Assembly: GCA_030265395.1 (NCBI GenBank)
Contig: JARFYF010000084.1
Coordinates: 81,041,874 to 81,105,873 of the forward strand
Origin: Rhina ancylostomus
Taxonomy: Eukaryota
Length of the DNA: 64,000 nt
Reading direction: 5' to 3'
Position 1 is the first letter of the stretch; each line of letters starts with the position of its first letter. A model generated the notes under the pieces. It saw only the letters and a program-made list of their open reading frames with translations. It was not told the origin of the DNA and made no database searches. A program made the position numbers and the translations under genes. This document shows, piece after piece, positions 1 through 11,800 of this stretch.

Positions 1-214
1 TCTAGGGTAGGGACATGTTTGGCACAACTTTGTGGGCCAAAGGGCCTGCATTGTGCTGTAGGTTTTCTATGTTTCTAGAAACTGGATTTTGTCAAGCGAC
101 TTTTGTCCTGACATTGGCTGAAAGTCCTTTTAAGACCATCTCTTTATAAACTGACCTGCAGACAACCTGTTGCTCCCACAGGCACTTGCAATATAGGCTG
201 CCTGACAGTACCTT

Positions 215-535
215 CTTGCTTATTGCAAAACAGGAGGCCAATCAGGGCCCACACTGGTTCCAAGCAGAGCAATTCCACCAGTCCCCAAATTTCCTGTACC
301 CCTGCAACCTATTCTCTCGCACATACCCATCAATTCCCCTTTGATGCTTTGGCCAATTACCTACACCAAGGGGCAACTTGTAGCAGCCAATTAACCCATC
401 AGCTCACCTTCAGGATGTGGAAGGAAACCAGAGCACCGGGGGAAACCTGCAGTGTTGAGAGAACATGCAAATTCCAGAAGAAAAAGGACAATAGCCAGAG
501 GCATGAGGTAGCAGCAATAACTACTGCAGCACCAT
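215..535 (-). mobile_element. Degenerate V-SINE (HE1-like)
   Basis: ggaaaccagagcaccgggggaaacc core and aggccaatcagggccc tail. Confidence 0.6.
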
Positions 536-699
536 TCAAAAAATTCCTAATTTGCTTAATGACTCTACATTTAACATTTCCCTGGTGACATCAGGTGTCA
601 AAAACATAAGAGGTGGACTTTCAATCAGTTCTCCATGTCTCAGACGGCACGGACAGTATCCATGAGTGAATGCTGCAGTGGGGAAATTCAGAACTTTAT

Positions 700-3600
700 A
701 AAATGTTATTTTTGTCTGATTATTGATAATTTCTTTATTAAATACTTACATTACAGTCTTTACATTGCAAAGATGATAAATGTGTGGCTTTACACACATG
801 TACATATAAGCTTGGCTATACTTTAAAAATGAGTAAAATATACTGTTAATCATTCAGATAAAAAGGTTTCTATTTCCCTGCACTGCAACAGATTACATTC
901 ATTTCCTTTTAATGGACTGAAGTCCCAAGTCATAACAACATACACATTATTACAGATTCAGTTTGTATTTAGTACAAGATCCACCAGCAATAAAAGGTAC
1001 TTATAAAGTTCCTGAATGGTTGTAAAATGTCCCATAGCACTTCACAAGAGCGTTATCAAACAAAATTTGATACCAAGTCACATGAGATATTAGGGCCAAT
1101 GGCAATGTTTGAAAAATGTCTCAAAAGAAAAGGTAGGAGTTGTAGAGAGAGAAGTTTAGGTAGGGAATTCCAGAAATGGTCAGTAGTGGAGGGATTAAAT
1201 TATGGATGATAAAGAGACCAGAGTTGGGGAAGTGGGACATCACTGGAATAGACACTATTTATTTCCCATCATTAATTGCCTTCAAATTAGGATGGTGCTA
1301 GTCTTGGTGGGGAACCTGCAGATGGTGGTGTTCCCATGCACCTGTTATCATCCTTAGTCATTAGAGGTCACAGGTTTGGGGACAAACTGTTGGAATAACC
1401 CAGGTGAATACCTGCTGTGCACTTTTAAAATGGCACATACTGCAGCCACAGTGCACTGGTGGTAGAGGGAATGAATGGTGGATGTACTACCAACCAAAAG
1501 AAGTTGCTTTACCCTGGATAATGTTGAGCTTCTTGTGTGTTGTTGGAGCTGCACTCATCCAGGCTGGAGGAGATTACAGAGAATGGGTTGGGCAAGGACA
1601 TGGAGAAATTTAAAATCAAGGATAGGAATCTTTAAAAATCAAAGTATTGATTAACCCAGGGGCAATGCAGGTCAATGAACACAGAGGAGATGGAAGAACA
1701 AGATGTGAAACATTAGGACACAAGGAGTAGCATTTTGGATGACTCGTTTATGGAGGATCGAAGACCAGGTAGTTGTGCAGTGAAAGGAGTCTNNNNNTCC
1801 ATAAAAACTAGCAAATTGAGCTTGTAAATCTGTTCAATAAATGACAGTTCTCCTTTTTGCTGGGTGGCCCAGGATTATGCTTACTTGGCAAAGAATTTTA
1901 CAATGGCTCATACACAAAGTTTATGCTCAAAATGGAAAGAGACAGATTGTTGTCAGATTAGTGAAGTTGCTGGTCAGAGTAGCAGCCAATTCATACACTC
2001 CACACAAAAAATCATGGCACACATTAGATCAGTCCAATTCTGCCTCACTTTTGAGGTGGATACTGAAGACCAGATTCATGATTCCCTGTACCAATGAAAT
2101 CGATGGTACAGAATCCTATTTGGACAATTGAAGATAGTTTAAAAAAAATACATCAGGCAATACACAAAACCTGCCATTTAGAGGCAACAGGATACCAATA
2201 GCTTTTGTCCTGTCATTGACATGAAATCCCTTTAATACCATTTCTATTGAAAGCTCTTTCAAAAGAACTGTTAGATACAGTTATCCTATGAAACATCACT
2301 TTGCATCCTCTCATATAAATGTCACTTATATTAAGTGCTGTATAAAATTGTTTTAATGCAAGTTAACTCCAGCATTTACAAACAGATATAAAAAGATTAT
2401 ATATAGTAACACATTTCCTAAAAATACATTCAAGCAACTTATACTCCTGAAGCTTGATGAAATAAACTCCAAGGCCCACAAAACCAATATAAATGGCGGT
2501 AATTTATACAGTCAGTTTAATGCGCAAGTGTGCAGCTTATATTTTGCAATATATCTTTTTTAAAAAAAAATCAACCTGTGGTGATGTTGTCCCAAATAAA
2601 CTTTCAGTTCTAAGAAACATTAATACAAAATGTGAATTGTACATCCTTGGACAGCAGGTCAACCAAATTTAATTGAATTCTGAAACCATGGGAAGACAAC
2701 AATACCATTCAATCGTTTGAGCCTGTGGTATCATTCTGATTGAAGGTGGCAGATCTGTACTTGAAACCTGTTTACTTCCCTTCATTCCTTAAGCTTTGAT
2801 ACTGTCGCCTCACAAAAATCTATTGATTTCACTTTTAAGTGGGTATGGAGAATACACAACCAGCATCTTTCAGAGCTTAACTCATTGAGACTGGGATTGT
2901 TCTCCTATCCCCAGCTGTGATACCATGTTGGCCAATGATAAGGATGTCATTCCTATAGTCCATTAACAGTCCAATGAACACCAGCAGTGCAATATTTTCC
3001 CCGTTTAAAAAAAAAGATATTTTTTGTATCCCATTACCAATTGACAAAAATTTGTCAGAAAATCTTCAAGAATACTACTACTTTTGTGGGGACAGAGCCT
3101 AATAGAAATGGGTCCATCCCTACTTTGGATCCTGGCTCCTCCTCAAGACTTTTAAAACTTAGATATTATTAATGGGCGTAGCTTTCTGCTTGAAGACCTG
3201 GTTGCACCAAGAACTACTGCTTCCAGTGGACTATTAATGCTCAAGTGAGTTGTTGACCAATTTACACCAGAGCACTTGAGCATTATTAGTTCGATGGGAC
3301 TAATACTCGATCACAGAACCGAACACTTCCTAATATCTGGGATATCTACACTTTTAACAAATCAGAACAAAGTTGCACATTCTCCACATAATATCAAATG
3401 GGGGTAACGTTCTAACTTGCTCACCTCAGCGTCCAGTGCTTGGTTAAACAGGATTACCGTGATGGGAAAACTTGGACTTGTAATTTTTTTGTTTAATATA
3501 CCTGGTTAAAAAAAAGTTTAGAAATGTGACTGACTACAGTCATTACTGCAAAACATTACACAAGCCATATCCCAACCCTGATCAGGGCTAGGGTGCACTC

Positions 3601-5692
3601 TTGTGCAGACCAGAAGTCAGGTGCAGCCAATGTACACCATTAAAACTGAGGTGAACTTCTTTAGAAAACCTCAAATCATTTGAGGTTAGAGTGCCTCCAT
3701 TAACCTGACGACTGTTTTTAAAGACCTGAAATTCTGTATGGCTGCTGAGCAATCATTAGGGATTTCACTAGACCAAGTAAAAAGCTGTGTGCCTGTGAGT
3801 GTGAGATGTTGGAGTTAGTTCTTAGCTTTCTCCCCTACCCACCTAGATGCAATTTCTGAGTGCTTTAGTGTGGACTTCATGGCTCCTAGCTTCCCACAGC
3901 TCTCACCACTAGCCAGCTGCACCAGTGACGAATAAAATAGCCGTCACTAGGGTTAATCAGAGTATAAAATGGGTTGTGAAGCTGTTGGATTACCATAAAA
4001 CTTCAGCTGATTCATGTTCTTGAAGGACAATGCCGGTTGTCCTTCACCTTTTAAAGTGATTCCAGTCTCACACCAGTGTGGGTAACTTAACAGTCATAGA
4101 GAGATACACCATGGAAACAGGCCCTTCAGCCCACTAAGTTAATGCTGACCATCAACCACCCAGTTACACCAATCCTACGCTAATCCCATTTTTATCCTCC
4201 CCACATTCCCATCAACTCCCCCCAGATTCTGCCCCTCACCTACACACCAGGGGCAATTTACAGTGGCCAGTTAACCTCTCAAACTGCGCACCCTTGGAAC
4301 ATGGGAGCCACTTTGTTGTACCCAGGCAAACTCAAATTGGACAACGAAAGCAGAATAACCAGTGCCCACACTGCAGGAATCTTTAAAAAAAAGTTAATAG
4401 CTGCCTCTGAAATCTAGTCCTATCCAGCTGTGGGACCCCATCTGCTTTCCCAACACCCACCACACCCCCACCCACCATAGGGAAACCAAAGCCAGTTGCA
4501 GCATTACAAATGTAGCCCACCTGAGGCTACCTATTTGAGGGAACCAACCTCGCCTACCAAATGTCTGAATGTCTCATTATACAGTAGGCATTTGGGGTAT
4601 CCAATTTGTCACTGTATATTCTTGCTGATAGTTCGCAGCAGAGCAAACTAAACATTGATCATCATTGGCTACATAAGAAATAAAAGGAGACCATTTAGCT
4701 CCATGTCTGCTCTGTCATTCAAAGCAATCACAGCTCACTTTTTATCTCAGAACCACTTTCTGCACTCAATTCCTTTCATTGCTCTCTACTTCAGAGGCAG
4801 TGGCACTTCAGACAAAACTTTCTGCCTGACTCTGCACCAATGGCTCCAGATCCATACTTGAGGGGGCACATGAGCACACAGGGCAGAATTAGGTCAATGG
4901 AAGTATTGACATCACCACTGTCATCCCAAGGATCATGTCCCACCACTTCAGGTAACTCAGTCCTCCCCACTAAATTTGAATGCCATTGCAACCCAACTGT
5001 CCAACAGAATGAGATTTGGTTTTATTTCACATTGGAACAGTTGCACTCTCTAAAGAGAGGATGGAGGCCACTGGGTCAGTAGCAGGCCTGACCTCCCGCT
5101 TTTACACCCCAGATCTGGGCCTTGTTCCTCAAGATCTCCCCCCTTCCTCAGTGTTTAAACTCATGCATCTGGCAGCTACCAGTTTTTTGGTGTTTGATTC
5201 CTATTTCCATCTCCATTCCAGGTAGATATGTTCCTACATCATAGCAAACCAATGCAGAATTTAAAAAATGAATTTTTGGGGGAGTAGAAATTATAAGTGC
5301 CATATTGCTGAATACAACTCTTTAACAGGCACACATCCCTATGATTATGATATCTTGAATATAGAAAAGAAACTTAAGTTCCTCAAAGTATATACCTATA
5401 CTTTATATATACTTATATTAATAAAGTGCATGATTACAGGTTACAAGATGGAATCTTTGGCTTCCTGAGAAGTTACCAATCAAATATGCAATCCTATAAC
5501 AAAACAAAAATTCTGGCCTTTTGTTTTTTGCTCCCAGAATTCCACTGCCTTTGTGAAGAACAGCCTGTCCCTCAGTCAGTGACTCAAGAATTTCTTCTGT
5601 GGGACTTCCATTCTCTCTGGTACGAAGTTGACCGCTGAGTCTTTGTTACTTGTTTCGAGTTGCTTCTCCCCCTTGGTCAGTTGGCCATTGTC
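700..5692 (-). other. Putative 3' UTR of TGFBR2, with candidate proximal (5026-5021) and distal (739-734) AATAAA signals
   Basis: AU-rich blocks downstream of the stop and TTTATT on the + strand at 5021 and 734. The true transcript end cannot be determined from DNA alone. Confidence 0.45.
4095..4310 (-). mobile_element. V-SINE 3' fragment
   Basis: ggaaacaggcccttcagccca...ctacacaccaggggcaatttacagtggcc, shared with the copies at 19450 and 55350. Confidence 0.6.
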
Positions 5693-5899
5693 TTACACCA
5701 CAGTGACTGCCTTCAGGTTCTGTTTGGTCTCACTGACAGTGCAATCTTCTGGGATCTTCTCCTCTGAGCAGCTCCGGCCGGAGAGTTTGTCCATTTGTTC
5801 CAAATCACTGAAACGTTCCACTATGCACTGAGCGGTGAGACGGGCTTCAGGATCATGATCCCAGCATTCCACAATAATTTCACACACCTGCTGCACAAG
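5693..5899 (-). CDS. TGFBR2: TGFBR2 exon 7, terminal coding part (LVQQVCE...[14 protein letters not shown]...[29 protein letters not shown])
   Basis: A long pyrimidine tract precedes ttttcaag|CTT. Kinase subdomain XI; TAA stop at 5695-5693. In-frame downstream CAG acceptors are possible alternatives. Confidence 0.93.
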   Translation of the reverse strand, partial: LVQQVCEIIVECWDHDPEARLTAQCIVERFSDLEQMDKLSGRSCSEEKIPEDCTVSETKQNLKAVTVV

Positions 5900-8800
5900 C
5901 TTGAAAAGACAAGAGGGAGGGAGAGAACAATGATTACCTGAACCCAATATACTGGCTCCAATAAAAAGCCCACATGCATGTACTGTTGATACAAAACCAT
6001 CGGTTACTTTGCTTCATAAACTATTTCTCAAATTAGCCTCCAGAGAAGTTTTGTTTTTGCATGCTGATAGATTATCACGTAGGATGAAGCTTTTAGTCAA
6101 TGACTCCAGTGAAGAAGTCTCCAATAAGTTTCACCTACACCCCAGTTGCCTCGTGGGCCTGTGCTCGACATCTTGTATTACTTTAAGAAATTGAAGCAAA
6201 TAGAGGACAACTTTCACCTCTTTACTGATCAAGAACAGTCCAGGTACCTACAGGTAAATGCAGAGGACAACTGCCCTTCATGTTAACGTCATTGTGTTTA
6301 AAAAAATATTTACAAGAGTCCAGCACCCAGCAGAACAATCCTGTCAATCTCATTACCCTCATCCTTTCCCCCAAAGACCTGCAAATTATTCTGTCATATG
6401 CCCATCAATTTGCTTTTGGCTCCTTGGCCACTCAACTATACCAAGGGATAATCTATAATAGCCCATTAACCTGCCAGCACAAATTTGGGATGTTGGGGAA
6501 ACCAAAGTACCTTGAGGGACCCCTGCAGTCAAAGACAATGCATGCAAGCTTCATGCAGAGTGCGCTTAAGGTCGTGATCGAACTTGAGTCCTTAGAAATG
6601 CGAGGCAACAGCACTAACTGTTGCATCACAGTCCCATCCAAGAGAGTGCTTTCACGTAACCTTTCACATCTTTAGATCTTCTGAAATATATCCTAACCTT
6701 TTAACTCAGAAGCAGGAATATTATCACAGAATAAAGTGGAAAGGATATCTTTTTGCATGGCACCTTTTACAACCTCAGAAAATTCCAAAGTGATTTACCA
6801 CCAATGTGATATTTTTGAAGTGTGCTTAATTCAGGGATTCAGTCTGAGAGTTAATTTGTGCAAGGTGTCATGGCAACAAGGTGGATAATCGGGAAATGTG
6901 TTTTTAGGATGTGAGCAGAGGGTTAACCACCATTCAGGTCACTGGGGGAGCTCCTCATTTTGCTCCAAATCTCCTTTTCTCTCACCCTAGATGAGCATCA
7001 GCTCAGCATCTCTGACACTGCAGCATTCTCTCCATACTGCAGTTAAGCTTCAGCTAAGCGATCATGCTCGAGTTCCTGGAGTTCAAATGAGCCCAGAACC
7101 TTGTGAGAGCACTACCCCACGCCCAACCACATCTACAAGCAAAGAGTGTGGAAGGAAGTATTTTTGCTGCGTCTGGCCAATGGGCTGTTTTTGCTGCTTG
7201 TTTTTCAGTTTCCATTTGTAGTTGGTCCTGAGCTAAAAGTAAACCCACCCCAAGTCACGTTCCAGTATAGGTGCAGGGGCTGAAAGGGGCCATCTTGTTT
7301 GGTGACTCTAGGTGCTGATGTATTTCTGTGCAGGCACAAATATAAAAAGCAGGCTAACCACTGACTGACTAATTATTTACTGGTCACATCAATAGTTTTG
7401 AGTACCTGGTGATTAAGCCAGCTGTTGGGGATCTCAGGCCTGCCCCGATCCCTAAGAACAACATCCTTCATGCTTTCCACACAGGGATGCTCCCGGACTT
7501 TGGAGCCAAAGGCTGGCTCATAGTCTTTCACTTCTGTAGAGAAAGAAAAGTCAAGATACAAGATATCTTTTAGTCACATGTACATCGAAACATACAGTGA
7601 AATACATCTTTTTGCGTAGAGTGTTCTGGGGGCAGCCAGCAAGCGCCGCCAAACCTCCAGCGCCAACAACGCATGCCCACAACTTCCTAATTGGTAGTCT
7701 TTGGAATGTGGGAGGAAACCGGAGCACCTGGAGGAAACCCACAGAGATGGGGAGAATGTACAAACTCCTTAAAGACAGTGGCTGGTATTGAATCTGGGTG
7801 GAAACAGGCAAACAGTTTTGCCCAATGGAGGTACATTATTCTGAAATCCCTTCTTGTCCATTCAGGCACAGAATCAGGAAGGGAGGCTGATGTTTGGCCC
7901 CCTCCCTTCCAACAAGCTATGGATGGCAGGGATGACTGGAGCAGAGCAGATGGAGCCAGAAAAGATCTTTGATTGACAAGACTATTAACGTATCCAGGTC
8001 ACGAGGTGGAGAATTAAGCTGAGCTGAAGGCTCAGCCGTGATCTGACAGAATGGTTGAGCAGGCTGTAGGTCTGAAATGCATAGTCCAAGCTCCTACTAT
8101 TTCCAGGGCTGGGAAGCCCAAAAGGTCAGTGAATCATGGCTTGGGAAATCATTTTCCCCACTACCAATCCCATTAGTGGTGCAACTTTATATAATGTTCC
8201 TTCTAAAGCACAGTTAGTTTTCAACAGGAGCAGAATCCATAGGGAACAAATCACATATTTCGTTACGATATAAAAGGAGGCTATTTTGGCACATCAACAT
8301 GCTGGTTCACGAAGCAGTCCCATTCCTCCACTAATTTTCCATGTAACCCATTTTCTCTGTATTCCTGTCAACTCTCCACAGATTCTACTATGCACCCACA
8401 CTACAGGTAATCTACAGTGGTCAATTAATCTACCAACCCATATCTCTGGGATAGGGGAAATAAACCGGAGCACTGGGGGGGGGGGGGGGNNNNNNNNNNN
8501 NNNNNNNNNNNNNNNNNNNNNNNNNNNNNNNNNNNNNNNNNNNNNNNNNNNNNNNNNNNNNNNNNNNNNNNNNNNNNNNNNNNNNNNNNGGAGCACTGGG
8601 GGAGGGGGGGGGGTGGAAGAAATTCAAGGTCACAGGGAGAATGAGCAAATGCCAAATGGATAGGTTCGAAGGTCAGGATTGAACCCAGGTCACTGGAGCC
8701 GAAAGGGAGCAGCTCTACCTGCTGCACCAGTACACTATCCAGGTCACACCAGGTTAACAATATCCAGCTGTTACAAGCTGGTGGAACTGATCCCTGCTTA

Positions 8801-11800
8801 TGTGATCACAGCCCATGAAGATGAGTAATTTTCAACTATTCCAACCAGAGGAAACAGCTAAGATATATTGCCCAGACTGTCATCATTTCCAGTACATTCC
8901 CTCCTATCTGGCCCAGTTTCCACTCCCTTTTCCAAAGACACTGCTGGCGACCCAGGGGAATATATGGGAAACATTTGCTGTGTGATCTTTAAGATATAAC
9001 TATTGGCAGTAGCTTCATGGAATGAGTGCAAAAATGATACAATACGAGAAAGGGAAACATCTTTAAGCTCTGTACTAATGGGACTGAAAGGTGGGGCCAC
9101 ATCTCCACTAGCAAAGCTGTTTATATAGTCCTCCTTAATACGTGCAGTAGTGTATGATCAAGGATCAAACAATATTGCACGTATTAAGGAGGACTACACA
9201 GATGGAGCTTCCTTGGGTGCAGAACACTGTCCCAGTTTGGACCATCAGTGTTGACCGGAGCCCCCCTTCCCACCTCAACTTTCTCACCAGAAGTCAAAAG
9301 ATTAAGTTCCCTCAGCCCCTCCTTCCACTTTAAATCTACTCTAAAGAAGCACTTCCCAAAGCACAAGAGTGATGCATATTTTACTTCTAGTTTGAGTCTA
9401 GCCTACCAGTGGAAACAGCCTTCCTGCCTCTATCTTGTCTATCTCTTTCATAATTTTATACATTTCTATAAGATCCCCTCTCATTCTTCTGAATGCCAGC
9501 AAGTATAGTCCCAGACGACTCAATCTCTCCTCATCTCCAGAATCAATCTGGTGAACCTCCTCTGCACTGCCTCCAAAGCCAGTATATCCTTCCTCAAGTA
9601 AAGAGACCAGAAATGCATGCAGCANNNNNNNNNNNNNNNNNNNNNNNNNNNNNNNNNNNNNNNNNNNNNNNNNNNNNNNNNNNNNNNNNNNNNNNNNNNN
9701 NNNNNNNNNNNNNNNNNNNNNNNNTCCTGACTCCAGTCTTGTATCAGTGTGCTGCATTTGGGTTCTCTGCGAGCTTGCTCCTTGCTCAACATTGTGACAG
9801 CAGAATAATTTCCCTGCTCTTAAATTCAATCCCTCTAGCAATGAAGGCCAACATTCCATTTGCCTTCTTGATAACCTGTTCCACCTGCAAACCAACCTTG
9901 TGCGATTCATGCACAAGCCCTTCCAAGTCCCTCTGCACAACAGCATGCTGCAATCTCTCACCACTTAAATAATAATCTGACTTTCTATTTTCCCTTCCAA
10001 AGTGGATGACCTTGCATTTTCCAGCATTGTACTCCATCTCCAGACCTTTGCCCACTCACTTAACCTATCTATATCTCTCTGCAGGCTCTTTGCTTGCTCT
10101 GCACACATTACTTTTACATTCAATTTAGTATCATCAGCAAAATTAGACACTTTACACTTGGTCCCCTCTTCCAAATCATTAATGTATATTGTGAACAGTT
10201 GCAGGCCCAACACTAAGCCCTGTGGCACCCCGCTCACCACTGATTTCCAACCAGAGAAACATCCATTTATCCCAACTCTCTGCCTTCGATTGGTTAACCA
10301 ATCCTCTATCCATGCTAATATACATTACTGCATGCATCCTTATCTTATATGGATAAGTTTTTTATGCAGCACCTTATCGAATGCCCTCTGGAAATCCAAG
10401 GGTACCACATCCACCTGTTCCCCTCTATCCACTGCATTTATTATATCCTCCAATAACTCCAGTAAGTTTGTCACACCAGACCTGCCCTTCCTGAATTCAT
10501 GCTGTGTCTGCCTCAGGTGTTTAGAGATTTGTTATGAGCTACTGAGAGTTGGAACAAACCTTGCCCCTTTCTCAATGGTCCAATGTCATGTCAGTCACAA
10601 TCTTGGTGATCTTCCAGAAGAGAGGAAGTGAGTTGATAAATATAATAAACATGGTCAACCAAGCCCAAGTAGAGAGAAAATCAATTCAGCATATGCAACA
10701 ACATACAATAAAACAGTTCACAGTTCAACTGGGAGTAGTCAAGAGTGTGAAGAACACTGCTGTCCTTTTCTTAGAGAAAGTAAGTGGGTAGAACTCAGAC
10801 ACCTCCCTGTCATCATCCCCCCAACCAACAAAATGTGAACTCATGATCACGAAGCTCCTGCAGTTTGCTTCTTGAACTCCAGGGCTTCATGTGGTGTATC
10901 AATATGATACCAGGCCAAAGAATTTGGAGCAATTGAAGTCATGACCATTTCGTTGAGGGCTATATACATTTTGTTGAGTGATCCTGCACTGGTTAGTATT
11001 TATTTTGGAATCTATGGATGGCAAACTCAAGAAACAGACATTGTCATTTTAGACTTTCCACACAACTGTTTGTGTCCAGCACTCAGTAAGGAACAGACCA
11101 TTGCATCATGGGTTTAAGAGGCCACAGAAGATGTGCTTCATTAAGCCATTTAACTGATATCAGTGGCAAAACAAACATGACATAAAAGGAAAAGCTGACA
11201 GAATGGAACTGATATCAGAGATCACTGAGGTGACTGGCATGAGGGCAGATCTCCCACAGTATGAGAAATAGCTGGAAATGGAGATGTCCTCTTGGTAAAC
11301 TGACTGGCAAGGCACAGACTAACTGAAGCATGATTCAGCAAACTCATTCAGCAACAGACTAAATAATGCTGTCTGAACTTCAAAACAAGACACAGAAACT
11401 CATACAATGTCAGGAGAATCATCTTGTTTGGATGCCAACTTGATGAAATACATTGTTTGTCACACTACCAAGCCTTGCTCAAACCAGTCTGGACCCAAAA
11501 CTGTTTATTATATTTTAATCCTCTCTAAATCATACTTGTCCATCACTCTGTGCTATTGACCTACATTTTATCCTTTTCACCAAAAGTTTCAATTTGTAAA
11601 AACTTATCCTTGGTCAAATCTCTGTGGCCTTTTCCATCTCATCTCTCTACCTTCTGTAGCCCTACAAACCTCTTAGAACTCTATGCTCCTCCAATCCAAA
11701 CTCCAGAGCACCCCCACACAAATATTGACCAAGAGTGAAGGTTCTAATTGGAGAAAGGCCAGTATTACCAGGCTGAAAATAGGATTTATCAAAAGAGAAT

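Noticed and set aside
10002-10631. 209-aa plus-strand ORF
   Set aside because: Antisense frame of the CR1 RT fragment.
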